Shown in pieces: positions 1 to 11,020 of a stretch of 64,000 nt of DNA. The notes beneath the pieces are model-generated. The model had not been told where the DNA came from, made no database searches, and saw nothing but the letters and a program-made list of their open reading frames with translations. The DNA is from Terriglobia bacterium (GTDB taxonomy: Bacteria > Acidobacteriota > Terriglobia > Versatilivoradales > Versatilivoraceae), in contig OZ244053.1 in assembly GCA_965215235.1 (NCBI GenBank), forward strand, positions 1,953,649 to 2,017,648, in the 5' to 3' direction. Numbering within the stretch: the first letter of the stretch is position 1; each line of letters opens with the position of its first letter. The position numbers and the translations under genes were made by a program.

Positions 1-1141
1 GCTCTCCCAAACAAACGTGCAGAACAAACACATGACCCGGCCTGAGCGCCTCGCGACTTCCAGCCAGCAGGAAGGGGCGTTCCGAATAGTCCAATCCTTG
101 ACCGTGACCGATCCGCCCGCCTTGAATTTCATACCCAAACCTTTCGGCGGCCCGATTGCCGACCTCGATCAGTTCGCCGATGGGGAGTCCCGGTCGGATG
201 ACCTTGAGCACCTCGTCCTGCACCTGCAAATTGGCTTCGACCATTTCTGCGGCGGCCTTGCCCAAAGTGGGTCCGATGGTCCCTGCGCGGTCACTTTGAA
301 TCCAATATCCTTTGTAAACCACATAGGCGTTGACGTTGATGTAATCGCCTCGGTTCAGCCGACAATCATGGCTCTTGACGGAAAGTTTGCCGGCCTTCAG
401 GTCGGTTCCCGGGGCCGTGTGCATGCAATGATAGACGAAGTCGGCGCCATGGCGCTTGGCCGCGGCGTCCATCTCGGCGGTAAGTTCATATCCCCACATC
501 TCCCGACGGAGAACCTCCACCATGCGCTGATAGCTGAGATCGGAAATCGCCGCCGACTTCTTCAGCAGACGGACCTCCTCCGGGGTTTTGAACTGACGAA
601 GCTCGGCCACGATGTCGGGCGCGTCCACAATGCCGCCCTCGAGGTTGGACTCCAGATCCCGGTAGACGGTGACCGGCATGGCCTCAATACCCGAGATGGC
701 GATGGGCCGACCAGCGACGCCGTTGGTCTTCAAGAGATGACTGATTTCAACTCCGAAACTGCGAGCCCCGCGGCTGGCCGCTTCTCCCCCGACACCGGGG
801 TCGAAGGCCCTGGAGATGGCCCGCGGGTCGGGAGAACTCACCAGCCGCACCTCACCGATCCAGGATACCTCCTCGATCTGGTCCAGCATGTATTCCACTC
901 CAGCCACCAGCAAAGCTGCGTCTCCCCGGCTGGGGACCAGAACCATGGCGTCGGTGATGCGATCCAGGTTGGACCAGTTGGTAAGATAACCCACGTGGCC
1001 GGTTTGATTCCACTGGTGAATCTTGGGAGCCGAGTAGACCACCACAGCGGAGAGGTTGCGGTCTCTGGCAAACTTGCGAACGTTTTCAATCCGCTGGTCG
1101 AATTCTGACCGGGGAATTTCATGTTCCTCTTTATTCCACAT
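1..1141 (-). CDS. M24-family metallopeptidase (Xaa-Pro aminopeptidase / creatinase-like), partial; its 3' end runs off the window start
   Basis: Minus-strand translation from the ATG at 1139-1141 (MWNKEEHEIPRSEFDQRIENVRKFARDRNLSAVVVYSAPK...) stays open to position 1. It contains pita-bread fold metal-ligand motifs (...GGRIGHGQGLDYSE...). It is absent from the ORF track because there is no in-window stop. The + ORF 17..1108 is its antisense shadow. Confidence 0.75.
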   Translation of the reverse strand, partial: MWNKEEHEIPRSEFDQRIENVRKFARDRNLSAVVVYSAPKIHQWNQTGHVGYLTNWSNLDRITDAMVLVPSRGDAALLVAGVEYMLDQIEEVSWIGEVRLVSSPDPRAISRAFDPGVGGEAASRGARSFGVEISHLLKTNGVAGRPIAISGIEAMPVTVYRDLESNLEGGIVDAPDIVAELRQFKTPEEVRLLKKSAAISDLSYQRMVEVLRREMWGYELTAEMDAAAKRHGADFVYHCMHTAPGTDLKAGKLSVKSHDCRLNRGDYINVNAYVVYKGYWIQSDRAGTIGPTLGKAAAEMVEANLQVQDEVLKVIRPGLPIGELIEVGNRAAERFGYEIQGGRIGHGQGLDYSERPFLLAGSREALRPGHVFVLHVCLGE

Positions 1142-1475
1142 CGCTCCTCCCTGGCCGACGAGGGTGGGGGTATCCGAAGGCCTGAGCGTTATTACGCCGT
1201 TGAAGCCGTTTGGCCTCCGGGACAGCCATCCCATCGCAGCCCAGTCAAAGGTGGATATTATTACAGACCGTGAGACCTCTCAACCCGGAGAGGTGTTGGA
1301 TTCTGGTCAGAGGGGATTTTAATCGACGCCAAAAGCGGGGACCGAAGCCGGGCGCATTGCATTCGTCTTCGACCTCCGCCTCGAACTCTCTCGGCTCCGA
1401 GTTATGCAGGTCGGCCAACGAATACGATTTCCGAGGCTTCGTCAAACCCTATTGCCAGGAGAACTCCAGATAAAC

Positions 1476-1510
1476 AAGAAGGGGTCTGAAAGATTCAGAC
1501 CCCTTCTTTG
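1476..1510 (-). terminator. Rho-independent terminator-like hairpin downstream of hsp20
   Basis: Perfect 14-bp stem AAGAAGGGGTCTGA, loop aagat, then TCAGACCCCTTCTT, followed on the minus strand by GTTTAT. It lies 30 bp past the hsp20 stop. Confidence 0.55.
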
Positions 1511-1539
1511 CAACGGTTCTCCCTGCGGGACCGGCAGGC

Positions 1540-1986
1540 TCAGGCCAGAGATTTGACCGCTATCCTCTTCGGCAGGGCAGCCTCAGCGACCGGAGCCGTG
1601 ATCTCCAGGACCCCTTGATTGAAAGAGGCTTCGATCTTTTCCAGGTCCGTACCCTCCGGCAGGAGCAGGGTTTGCTCATACCTGCCGTAGGAGAAGCCCT
1701 TCACGTGCCAGTTATCCTGCTTGACGTCGGTCGGGGCCTTCCGCTCCACCTGGACAGTCAGCCTCCCATCAACGATTGAAAGATCCACGTCTTCGGGATC
1801 CACACCCGGCAAGGCCAACCGGTAGACAGTCCGCCCCTTTCTTTCAAAGGCCTCGATCTCAGGGCGGAATGTCCTGCTCTGCGGAAAAAGCCAGACACCC
1901 GGGCTCCAGGCATCGTTAAAGAAACGGTCGAACTGCCGATCAAAAGAGGGAAAGTCGTTAAACAGTCTTCTTGAAAGTGCTAACAT
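1540..1986 (-). CDS. Hsp20/alpha-crystallin family small heat-shock protein
   Basis: The alpha-crystallin domain is recognisable (...YRLALPGVDPEDVDLSIVDGRLTVQVERK...GVLEITAPVAE). Start chosen at the ATG at 1986, which has an AGGAGG RBS. The ORF track extends it to 2043. Confidence 0.85.
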   Translation of the reverse strand: MLALSRRLFNDFPSFDRQFDRFFNDAWSPGVWLFPQSRTFRPEIEAFERKGRTVYRLALPGVDPEDVDLSIVDGRLTVQVERKAPTDVKQDNWHVKGFSYGRYEQTLLLPEGTDLEKIEASFNQGVLEITAPVAEAALPKRIAVKSLA

Positions 1987-2231
1987 TTGGGGACCTCCTG
2001 GTCTTGGGTTTTCAAAAGTGTTGTCCTGGATCCAACGTCTCAACTTCGTTCGACAGAATATTTAATACCCAAGCACCGGCATGTCAAAGAACCTGATGAA
2101 TTCATCGACAGATTCTCATCTTCTTGTCGGGGTCCATGACCCGTAATAGAAACATCTCACTTAGAATTAACTGTTTATGAGCCAATTGTTTTAGGATCCA
2201 AAAAAGTTCCAATGGAACAGGGAGGAGTCCA

Positions 2232-3494
2232 ATGGTGAGGAGAATGCTTCCAGTCTTAGTCATTACCTTGGTTTTCCTGCAGGGGTCAGAGGCCGGCAAC
2301 TGGCCGCAATGGAGGGGCCCCACACTCGACGGCATCAGCCCGGAAAAGGCGTTGCCCGTTTCCTGGGACAGGCAGAAGAACATCACCTGGGAGCTGCCGT
2401 TGCCCAGCTTCAGCGGTTCCACCCCCATAGTCTGGGGCGACTCCATCTTTCTCAATGTTGCTGACGGGACGGATCTCTACTTGTGGTGCGTGGGCCGCGA
2501 GAAGGGTGTCTTGAAGTGGAAGCGGCGCCTGGGCCGGGGAAACGTCAAAATGCGAAAGCAAAACATGTCGTCTCCCTCCCCTGTCACCGATGGCCGATCG
2601 GTCTATGTCATGACCGGAACCGGCATCCTCAAAGGATTTACCCTCAGCGGCCAACTGTTGTGGACGCGCGACATCCAGAACGACTACGGAAAGTTCGGAC
2701 TGAACTGGGGCTATGCTTCCTCTCCGCTTCTCCACCAGGACGACCTCTTTATCCAGGTTCTCCACGGGATGAAAACCGATGATCCCTCCTATATCCTGCG
2801 AGTCAATGGCAAGACCGGCAAGACCCTCTGGAAAGTGGAGCGCCCCACGGCCGCCATCCGGGAATCCCCGGATTCCTACACCACGCCGACCCTGGCGCAC
2901 ACGGAACGGGGTGTGGAGCTTGTGATCACCGGCGGCGACTGCGCCACAGGTCATGACCTGGCCAGCGGTCGCGAGCTATGGCGAGTGAATGGGTTCAATC
3001 CCACCAACAACCCCTACTTTCGGGTGGTTGCTTCTCCGGTGGTAGCGGACGGCCTGATCTACGCGCCCACTCGGGTGAAGCCGTTGATGGCCATTCGACC
3101 GGGCGGTCGCGGGGATGTGAGCCAAACCCATCGCGTCTGGTCGTTTGAAAACGGCCCGGACGTCTCCACTCCGGTGGTCGATGGCGCTTTCTTCTATTCG
3201 GTCAGCGACAAGGGGGTGATGTGGTGCCTGGACGCCAAGAGCGGAAAGGTGATTTGGGGAGGACAACGACTTGAACCCGGGATCTACAGTTCCTCACCGG
3301 TATTGGCCGACGGTAAGATCTACGTGAGCAACGAGGATGGACTGACCACCGTCGTCAAGGCCGGGCCCCGTTTCCAGATCCTGGCCGAGAATCCCTTGAA
3401 CGATTATTGCCTCAGTTCCCCGGCGATTTCCGACGGACAGATCTTCATCAGGACGGCGGAACGTCTGTTTTGCATTGGCCAACGTCGGCAATGA
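2232..3494 (+). CDS. Secreted PQQ-like beta-propeller repeat protein (BamB-like fold)
   Basis: Signal peptide MVRRMLPVLVITLVFLQGSEA. Repeated WxxGxxxDG / SSPVVADG / SSPAISDG propeller blades. GGAGGAG RBS upstream of the ATG at 2232. Confidence 0.75.
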   Translation: MVRRMLPVLVITLVFLQGSEAGNWPQWRGPTLDGISPEKALPVSWDRQKNITWELPLPSFSGSTPIVWGDSIFLNVADGTDLYLWCVGREKGVLKWKRRLGRGNVKMRKQNMSSPSPVTDGRSVYVMTGTGILKGFTLSGQLLWTRDIQNDYGKFGLNWGYASSPLLHQDDLFIQVLHGMKTDDPSYILRVNGKTGKTLWKVERPTAAIRESPDSYTTPTLAHTERGVELVITGGDCATGHDLASGRELWRVNGFNPTNNPYFRVVASPVVADGLIYAPTRVKPLMAIRPGGRGDVSQTHRVWSFENGPDVSTPVVDGAFFYSVSDKGVMWCLDAKSGKVIWGGQRLEPGIYSSSPVLADGKIYVSNEDGLTTVVKAGPRFQILAENPLNDYCLSSPAISDGQIFIRTAERLFCIGQRRQ

Positions 3495-3566
3495 GGGTCA
3501 CGCCGGTGAGAGCGAGAAGGGTCCCCGGCAACGAGCCGGACCAGCGCTTGCCGGCGAGAGTTCCCA

Positions 3567-4472
3567 TTATTGCCAGCGCTTGGCATGAGCCACGAAGTCG
3601 AAGTCCAGATACTCTTTCCAGCGATCCATCAATCGGAGCGTGCACTTCCCCGGCTTTCCCTCTCCGATGGACTGGCGGTTGAAGCGGGTGACCGGCATCA
3701 TGCACAGAGAGGTGGCGGTCATGAATGCTTCATCTGCCGTGGCTGCGTGGTAGGGTTGGAGATCCGCCTCTCTTACCGTCATTCCCAGTCCCCGGGCCAG
3801 CTCAATGGTGGTCAGTCGACTCACTCCCTGCAGGATGTTGCGCTCGGTGGGAGTCAACAACTCTCCCCGATGAACCACGAAAAAATTCCAGCCGGTACCC
3901 TCGGCCAAATTCCCCTGGTGGTCCAGCATCAGGGGCAGAGCTTCAGGATCGACCAGCCGGGCCTCGGCATCGGCCAGTGAAAAGTGCAGGCGGCTCCGAT
4001 ACTTGATCTTGGGATCTACCGTCAGGGGATGCATGTGCCGCGTCGCCGGCGTCACCACATGCAACCCCTTGTCATAGTAGGCCGCCTTCTGTCTCAGTCC
4101 GGGAGCCATGGGGTAGAAATACATCACAAAGGTTGACTCGGTGGGCGGCAACACCAGTCCCATTCGACCTCGACTCACCAGGTGTCCTACCCCACCTTCG
4201 TCACCCTCTTCCAAGGTCGGCAGGTTGTCCTCCAAAAATTCCTGAGTCACCTGGTCCAACTCTTCCGGAGTCAAGCCGAGGTTCAGTCTGGCTCCTTTGA
4301 CGGAGCGAAGCAAACGATCCCGGTGGTCCGGCCAACGAAACAACTTGTGATGGAAGGTCCGGGCTGTTTCAAGAACGGCATCTCCAATCAGAACGGCACT
4401 GTCGAAAATCGAAATCCTGGCTTCCTCTTCCGGAAACTTTTCTCCATTGATATAGACCTGCCTCTGCTTCAT
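3567..4472 (-). CDS. Class IV aminotransferase (branched-chain amino acid or D-amino acid aminotransferase family)
   Basis: MKQRQVYINGEKFPEEEARISIFDSAVLIGDAVLETARTF... is a typical fold-type IV PLP enzyme N-terminus. GGGAGGG RBS before the ATG at 4472. The ORF-track extension up to 4664 is probably not translated. Confidence 0.8.
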   Translation of the reverse strand: MKQRQVYINGEKFPEEEARISIFDSAVLIGDAVLETARTFHHKLFRWPDHRDRLLRSVKGARLNLGLTPEELDQVTQEFLEDNLPTLEEGDEGGVGHLVSRGRMGLVLPPTESTFVMYFYPMAPGLRQKAAYYDKGLHVVTPATRHMHPLTVDPKIKYRSRLHFSLADAEARLVDPEALPLMLDHQGNLAEGTGWNFFVVHRGELLTPTERNILQGVSRLTTIELARGLGMTVREADLQPYHAATADEAFMTATSLCMMPVTRFNRQSIGEGKPGKCTLRLMDRWKEYLDFDFVAHAKRWQ

Positions 4473-4719
4473 CTTACCCTCCCATGGTTGCTCCTGGATT
4501 GAGCCAGCGAACTGGATGAATGGCGCCGCCAAAAGGAGCCGGCCGACGCCGATGAGCGCTTCGTTGACACCCCTGTCCCGGTTGACTCCGTTGACCCGGT
4601 CCAATAACATTCCGCCGTTGGCGGCAACAAGGCCAATAATACGATAGTCCTTGGGATGCTGCACGAAATCCTGGGTTGTCTTTGATCGAAACCATGGCTG
4701 CTTTCAGAGGCTTGGATCG

Positions 4720-5592
4720 TTGCGAATTCTATTGACCGGCTCCAGCGGGCGGGTCGGCCGAAATCTGTTGCTGGACGGACTGGCCAATCGTCACCAGGTC
4801 ACGGCCTTCGACTGGGTTCCACCCAAGACAAGGCTGAACAATGTCAACTACATCGCCGGAAGCATCCTGGATCGAAAAGATCTGTCCGATGCCATGGAGG
4901 GCGCTGAGGCCGTCATTCACCTGGCGGCGATCCCTTACGACATTCCCCCCTTGCACCAAGTGTTCCAAATTAACGTTCAAGGCGCCTACCACGCTCTTGA
5001 ATTGGCCGTTGAGCATGGGGTACGCCATTTTCTTCGCGCCTCCAGTCTGATGGTCTACGGCTTTGGCCGCAACGCCGAGGCTCGATACCTGCCGATAGAC
5101 GAGGAGCACCCTGCTTCCTCGCATGACACCTATGGGGTGGGAAAGCTGCTCACCGAATCCCTCTGCCGGGCGTTCACCGACAAGTTCGGTATTCGCACCC
5201 TCTGCTTTCGCCTCACTCACTTCACAGCCTTCTTTCGGCCCTATGGCGATCGTTTCCCCTATGACGACGACTCGGGAATCCAAGGTTTGCACGAGTACAT
5301 CGAATCCAGGGATCTTGTGGAACTGCTGGAATCGGCCCTGGTTTCAAAACAGATCCAGCACGACGTCTTTTTAGCATCGGGGCCGGATTCCGGTCACGTC
5401 CTGCCCACCGAAGAGGTGATCCGGAAGTATCATCCCAGGGCGGAATTGCGCTATAGCCGGCTGGAAGCAATCTCCCCATTCATTTCCATGGAGAAGAGTC
5501 GGCGGCTCCTGGGCTTCGCGCCCCGGAGTAGTTGGAGAGACTTCGGATTGACTGCCGAGGGACTGGTCAATCGCCCAACCCAGGCCGAGTGA
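4720..5592 (+). CDS. NAD-dependent epimerase/dehydratase (SDR family)
   Basis: Rossmann motif RILLTGSSGRVGRNLL and catalytic YxxxK (YGVGK). The start is uncertain: TTG at 4720 or further upstream in the ORF from 4651. Confidence 0.7.
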   Translation: MRILLTGSSGRVGRNLLLDGLANRHQVTAFDWVPPKTRLNNVNYIAGSILDRKDLSDAMEGAEAVIHLAAIPYDIPPLHQVFQINVQGAYHALELAVEHGVRHFLRASSLMVYGFGRNAEARYLPIDEEHPASSHDTYGVGKLLTESLCRAFTDKFGIRTLCFRLTHFTAFFRPYGDRFPYDDDSGIQGLHEYIESRDLVELLESALVSKQIQHDVFLASGPDSGHVLPTEEVIRKYHPRAELRYSRLEAISPFISMEKSRRLLGFAPRSSWRDFGLTAEGLVNRPTQAE

Positions 5593-5777
5593 GGGAGACA
5601 ACAGTCGTCTTTAGACCCGGAAAGCTCGATTGGGGGCTCATTGCCGACGGCCGCCTTGAAGACGGCGAAGAGTTCCAATACAATGAGGGAGTCAATCATT
5701 CAATCGGCGGTTTCTGTTCGCTCCCGTCCCAAGGCTCGGGGCCACTCCACCGCCGTCCCCGACTCGACCACTCAACC

Positions 5778-8006
5778 ATGAGCAAACTCCTGATTATCTC
5801 GAATCGGCTACCTGTCACGGTCAAGTCGGAGCGGGGCAAGATTAGCGTGACCGAGTCTATCGGGGGCTTGGCAACCGGACTGCACGGCCCCCACCAATCG
5901 GGGGAGTCGCTGTGGGTGGGTTGGCCCGGAGAGGTCTCGCGTTTGGACAGCCAGCGAGCCCACCTGGAGGAGAAACTATCGGACCTTCGGGCCGTTCCGG
6001 TCTACTTGACCCAGAGCGAGATCAACCGTTATTACGAGAGTTTCTCCAATGGCGTGCTCTGGCCGTTGTTCCACTATCAGACCGACCGACTTCAACAAGA
6101 TGCCTGGCGCCATTGGACAACCTACCTGAAAGTCAACCAGCGCTTTGCCGAAGTCGCAGCCGAGCACTACCGAACAGGTGACCTGGTGTGGGTTCACGAT
6201 TATCAGCTCACCCTCGTCCCCGCCATGCTCCGTCGTCTCCTCCCCGAGGCCAGAATCGGATTCTTTTTACATATCCCCTTCCCTTCTTCCGAAGTCTTCA
6301 GGATTCTCCCCTGGCGGGCCAAGATTCTGGAGGGAATTCTGGGGGCCGACTTGATTGGATTTCACACCTACTCCTACATGCGGCATTTCGTCCGGGCGCT
6401 ACTGCTGGTTCTGGGTGTGGAATCCGAAGGAGAGTTGCTGTCCTACGGAGATCGGAAAGTTCTCCTGGGCGTTTTCCCCATCGGGGTCGACGCCGCCGAG
6501 TTCGGGCGCCTGGCCAATGAAGAATCGGTACTGGCCAAGGTGGAGGCCATTCGAAAGGAATGCGGTGGGCGAAAACTGATCGTGGGCGTGGACCGCCTCG
6601 ACTACACCAAAGGACTGCCGCGCCGCATGTTGGCCATGGATCGACTGCTGGAGCGGGAGCCCTCATTGAGGGACAAGGTGCGCATGATTCAGATTGTGGT
6701 TCCTTCTCGAACCAAGGTCGACTCCTACGAGCAGTACCGCCGAAAACTGGATGAACTGGTGGGTCGGATCAACGGGGCTTACGCTACCGTGAATTCCGTG
6801 CCCATTCACTACCTCTATCGCTCGGTTCCTCAAGCCGAGTTGGTGGCGCTCTATCGCTCGGCAGACCTGATGCTGGTCACTCCCCTGCGCGACGGAATGA
6901 ACCTCGTGGCCAAGGAGTTTGTCGCCTCCCGTACCGATGAGGACGGCATTCTGATCCTGAGCGAGTTTGCCGGAGCAAGCGAAGAACTCCGAGAAGCAGT
7001 ATCCGTCAACCCTTACGATATCGACGGCGTAGCCACCATCCTCAAGAAAAATCTGATGCTCCCGGAGGAAGAACGCCGCGCCCGAATGCGGGTCTTGCGA
7101 AGTCGCGTATTGACCTATGACTCCTACTACTGGGCCGACAACTTTATCAAGGCCCTGCGCACGGCTCCCGGCGTCAAACCGGAACCCTTGCAGACGCTGT
7201 CGGCCACCGCAAAGATTCAGGGAATGCTGGAAAAGCTGAGCCGGGCCGATCATTTGCTGCTGCTGCTGGACTATGACGGAACGCTCGTACCTTTTGCCAG
7301 TTCGCCCCAATTGGCCGTCCCGGATCCGGAGTTGAAGAAACTGCTCAAGGCGTTGGCAGCGCGACCCGGCACCGCCGTTCACATCGTCAGTGGCCGTCCC
7401 ACCCAAGTCCTGGGGAGTTGGCTGGGTGGAATGCCCATCGGACTGCATGCAGAACATGGCTTCTGGTCTCGCCTGGGACCGGGACGGTCATGGCAGAGAA
7501 ACGGCCCGGTCGATTCCAAGTGGAAGGAAGTCATTCTGCCCATTCTGGAGCAGTTTGCGTCCTGGACGCCGGGGTCCCTGATCGAGCGGAAGAGCGCAGG
7601 TCTGGCCTGGCACTATCGCATGGCTGACCCCGAGTTTGGCAAAATTCATGCCCAGGATCTGCAATATCGCATCGAACGCAGTCTACAGGGTCTGCCTGCC
7701 GAGATGCTGGTGGGCCACAAAGTGATCGAGGTGCGGACCCGGGGTGTGCACAAGGGCATGATTGTGCCCCCTCTGGTGGAGGCGGGAGACGGTGATTGGA
7801 CCATCCTGGCCATGGGAGACGACCGGTCGGACGAGGAGTTATTCGCCGCACTTCCGCCTGAGAGCTTTGCCATCCACGTGGGTCCCGGTGAGAGCCGGGC
7901 GGACTATAGACTGGCCAATCCAACGGCAGCCCGCGCATTCCTCACCCAGATCCTTCAAACCAGAACCAAGCCCCGCAAAGAATACGTTTTCAGCGCCAAT
8001 GCTTAG
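5778..8006 (+). CDS. otsA: Bifunctional trehalose-6-phosphate synthase (GT20) / trehalose-6-phosphate phosphatase (HAD) fusion
   Basis: The N-terminal 480 aa match OtsA ([13 protein letters not shown]...LWPLFHY...). The C-terminal ~260 aa are an OtsB-type HAD phosphatase ([14 protein letters not shown]...[10 protein letters not shown]). ATG at 5778. Confidence 0.9.
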   Translation: MSKLLIISNRLPVTVKSERGKISVTESIGGLATGLHGPHQSGESLWVGWPGEVSRLDSQRAHLEEKLSDLRAVPVYLTQSEINRYYESFSNGVLWPLFHYQTDRLQQDAWRHWTTYLKVNQRFAEVAAEHYRTGDLVWVHDYQLTLVPAMLRRLLPEARIGFFLHIPFPSSEVFRILPWRAKILEGILGADLIGFHTYSYMRHFVRALLLVLGVESEGELLSYGDRKVLLGVFPIGVDAAEFGRLANEESVLAKVEAIRKECGGRKLIVGVDRLDYTKGLPRRMLAMDRLLEREPSLRDKVRMIQIVVPSRTKVDSYEQYRRKLDELVGRINGAYATVNSVPIHYLYRSVPQAELVALYRSADLMLVTPLRDGMNLVAKEFVASRTDEDGILILSEFAGASEELREAVSVNPYDIDGVATILKKNLMLPEEERRARMRVLRSRVLTYDSYYWADNFIKALRTAPGVKPEPLQTLSATAKIQGMLEKLSRADHLLLLLDYDGTLVPFASSPQLAVPDPELKKLLKALAARPGTAVHIVSGRPTQVLGSWLGGMPIGLHAEHGFWSRLGPGRSWQRNGPVDSKWKEVILPILEQFASWTPGSLIERKSAGLAWHYRMADPEFGKIHAQDLQYRIERSLQGLPAEMLVGHKVIEVRTRGVHKGMIVPPLVEAGDGDWTILAMGDDRSDEELFAALPPESFAIHVGPGESRADYRLANPTAARAFLTQILQTRTKPRKEYVFSANA

Positions 8007-8136
8007 ACTTGATCGCTCTCTGCACCCGAGAGAGCATTTCGGGACCGCGATTGTCTCCCTCGTCCCCTGAAAAGCTGACTTGCTCCATGGCGGGCTGCTG
8101 CGAGACCCCAGCATGTATCCAAGCACTCGGTTGGCT

Positions 8137-8979
8137 CTACTGGGCTGACTGGAAAACATCCAACATGGGAACCGGCCCTCCACTGGTGACCACGGTCGGC
8201 ATCACTCCATTCCACTTTTCCACCGCAGCTCTCTGAACCTCGATTTGCCGCAATCGTATCAACTGGGGCGTCACCTGGGCTTTTTGGAGTTCCAGTCCCT
8301 TGGCTTCGGCTCGGGCCTGTTCGACTTGCTGTTTGGCTTCAAACTCCACCCGCCTGAGGGCGTTCTCAGCCTCCAGGGCTTGTTGGACCGCTGTCACCTT
8401 GGCCTCGATGGCCTGCTGAAAGGCCGTCGAGAACTGAAAGTCGGTGATCGAGAGTTGAACAACACTCATACCGCGAGGCTGTAATCTTTCACCCATCAGA
8501 CTCTGGAGGGCACTTTTTACGGCGGGCCTCTGCGTGATCAGCTCTTCAGCGTTGTAGTTGGCCGTTGTGGATTTCACCGCCTCCTGGATGTAAGGTTGAA
8601 TGACCCGGTTTTCATAATCTCTTCTCAGGGTGCGATAGATCTCTCCCACTGCGCCGGAGTTCAACTGGTAGTTCAATGTGACCTCAGTGGTAACCACCTG
8701 CAAGTCCTTGCTAGAAGAAGTAGCAGGAGCGGTGTATTTGTTAATCTGAGTGGACATCAAAACGACTTCTTCCATGAAAGGCACTTTGAAGTAGAGACCC
8801 TCCTCGTAGATTGTTCCGGTCACCGCCCCAAAACGCAACAAGACGCCTCTTTCCCCGGCGCCTACCGTCCCGAAGGCTCCCGACACTCCAATCAGGACGG
8901 CAATCACGATCACTCCAACTACGATCATCCTGCCCAAACCGGCCGGAAACCGAAACTCATCACTTGCGTATCTTGGCAT
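8137..8979 (-). CDS. SPFH/band-7 (prohibitin-like) membrane protein
   Basis: N-terminal TM segment (MIVVGVIVIAVLIGV), a band-7 core (GERGVLLRFGAVTG...), and a C-terminal coiled coil rich in A/E/Q. Confidence 0.8.
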   Translation of the reverse strand: MPRYASDEFRFPAGLGRMIVVGVIVIAVLIGVSGAFGTVGAGERGVLLRFGAVTGTIYEEGLYFKVPFMEEVVLMSTQINKYTAPATSSSKDLQVVTTEVTLNYQLNSGAVGEIYRTLRRDYENRVIQPYIQEAVKSTTANYNAEELITQRPAVKSALQSLMGERLQPRGMSVVQLSITDFQFSTAFQQAIEAKVTAVQQALEAENALRRVEFEAKQQVEQARAEAKGLELQKAQVTPQLIRLRQIEVQRAAVEKWNGVMPTVVTSGGPVPMLDVFQSAQ

Positions 8980-9345
8980 TGCTATCTCCTTTTCGTTCCA
9001 AGGTTGTTTCCTGCAAACTCACAAAGACATTCTACGCCACCAAGGGAAGAAGGTCATGTTTTTCGGAAGGAGCATCGGTCTGGAGGAACCGTTTTTGGAA
9101 AGGTGGCGCAAGATCGACCGTCCTCTTTTCCGTCGACCCGCCGAAAGAAACGGGGGGGGCTCAAGACCTTCATGTATAATCGGGGCCGGGCAGGATGATC
9201 CAGGCTTGCAGGAACAGCAGAACAAGCAAAGGACCCGGTCCCATCGAGTTGTGGCCTGAAAACCGCCATGCGAAACTGGTGACCCCAGACATCCCGAGCG
9301 AGCACTTACTTTTACTCTCATAACTCAGAAGCGGAGACCCAACCC

Positions 9346-10413
9346 ATGCCGACACTCAGTCCACAAGTTCTCAGAGAAATCGGATATGAGCTTTTTGAAA
9401 AGGCGGGCTGCCAAAAGGAAGATAGCCGAGCCGTCGTGGACCACATCGTGGAGTCGAACCTCTTCGGCCACGATTCCCACGGCGTCATGCGATACGCGGA
9501 GTATCTCCGCGCCCTCAGAGAAGGACGCTTTCAACCTCAAGCCACTCCCGAGGTGGTCACCGATCATCCCTGCACGGCAGTGGTCGACGCCAACGGCGCG
9601 CTGGGGCAGATCGGCGCCAATTTCGCCACGAGGTTGGCCGTCAAAAAGGCCCGAGTCCAGGGAGTAGCGACGGTTGCCCTGCGCAACACGAGCCACATTG
9701 GTCGAGTAGGGGCTTATCCTCTGCAGGCGGCCAGAGAGGGTTTGATCGGATTCATCCTCGTCAATGGGGGACGGCTGGGCTATCAGATCGCCCCTTTCGG
9801 CGGGATTGACGGACGGCTCAGCACCAATCCCCTGGCCTTCGCTGCACCGCGTCGCGAGGCGGATCCTATTCTCATAGACATGACGACTTCAATGGTGGCC
9901 GAGGGTAAGATACGAGTTGCCATGAATCAAGGTAAAAGCCTCCCTGAAGGATGGATTATCGACTCAGAGGGACGTCCCGCAACCGATCCACTCAAGTTCA
10001 AAAGCGATCCGCCGGGAGCCATTCTGCCGCTCGGAGGGCCGGCGGGCCACAAAGGCTACGGCCTCAGCATCATGGTGGAACTCATGGGCGGCGCTCTCAG
10101 CGGACAAGGGTGCGCAGCCGGGGAACGCCAGATGAGCAGCAACGGCGTTCTTTTGACCGTTTACCGCATTGAACATTTCTGCGACCTGAACCACTACTAC
10201 GATGAGGTGGAATCCTTGATCGCACACGTCAAGTCCAGCCGCTTGGCCGAGGGTTTCAAGGAAATCCTGGCTCCCGGCGAACCTGAGTTCCGCAGCGCTC
10301 GGCGAAGACAGGAAGAGGGCATCATTATCGATGACACCACTTGGTCAGCCATTCGACAAGAAGCGCAATGGTTGGGCGTCTCGTCGAAGGACTGGCCAGC
10401 CGCAGCCAGTTAA
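9346..10413 (+). CDS. Ldh_2 family malate/L-lactate-type dehydrogenase
   Basis: FGHDSHGVMRYAEY...HKGYGLSIMVELMGGALSG is a typical Ldh_2 (type 2 MDH / ureidoglycolate / sulfolactate dehydrogenase) signature. Confidence 0.8.
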   Translation: MPTLSPQVLREIGYELFEKAGCQKEDSRAVVDHIVESNLFGHDSHGVMRYAEYLRALREGRFQPQATPEVVTDHPCTAVVDANGALGQIGANFATRLAVKKARVQGVATVALRNTSHIGRVGAYPLQAAREGLIGFILVNGGRLGYQIAPFGGIDGRLSTNPLAFAAPRREADPILIDMTTSMVAEGKIRVAMNQGKSLPEGWIIDSEGRPATDPLKFKSDPPGAILPLGGPAGHKGYGLSIMVELMGGALSGQGCAAGERQMSSNGVLLTVYRIEHFCDLNHYYDEVESLIAHVKSSRLAEGFKEILAPGEPEFRSARRRQEEGIIIDDTTWSAIRQEAQWLGVSSKDWPAAAS

Positions 10414-11020
10414 GCCGAAGCCCCAACTCACCGCTTTGCTCCGGCCTTGTGATTCTGATCGAACCGGAGGGCCGATTCCCACTTTTTGTCGACGGCGCCG
10501 GGCCTTCTTCGGTCCGAAGAGTGACCGCAATCCGCCGTGGGAGCGGATTTCAAGGCGATTCTTGTTAGGTGCTTGGCAGACTAGGGCTGGCCGGGACTTC
10601 CTATTGTATCGTTGCGACGGCCATCGCCCTCCCAGGGTCGTAAAACGCGCTCAAATCCAGAGAATCAACAAGGGCCACTGACGTGATGAGCCAGACCCGG
10701 ACTCATCGTGTGCGTGAATCACATTCGAACGGACCGTGCCATTCGCTCTTACCATATACGCCGCGAAGCTTATATCGGCAGCCGCACCGTCGGTCTGACC
10801 ATAATATGCCTGGAGCGGCGTCCTTCGCACAGGCCAAGCCGTCTCGAATTGCAGGGAGGAAAGGTCAAGCTTGGCGGATCGTGTGGCGAAACCACGCATT
10901 TCCATGCCGGCAACTTCGTTGGACTCGTTGAAATCAAGGCCCCCCAGGCGAAACCTTTTCCGTCTCGTGGCTCGTCGAGTCGAAAGTGTAGCGCATCAGC
11001 TTCCTTATTTACATGTAGGG

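Noticed and set aside
17-1108. 363-aa + strand ORF at the window start
   Set aside because: It is the antisense shadow of the minus-strand M24 peptidase gene, which is open from 1141 to the window edge. It has no family features and a G/R/P-rich composition typical of antisense frames in high-GC DNA.
2286-2954. 222-aa minus-strand ORF
   Set aside because: Fully embedded antisense to the PQQ-like beta-propeller gene. Arg/Gly/Pro-rich and no motifs.
6663-7457. 264-aa minus-strand ORF
   Set aside because: Antisense to the otsA-otsB fusion. No start context and no family resemblance.
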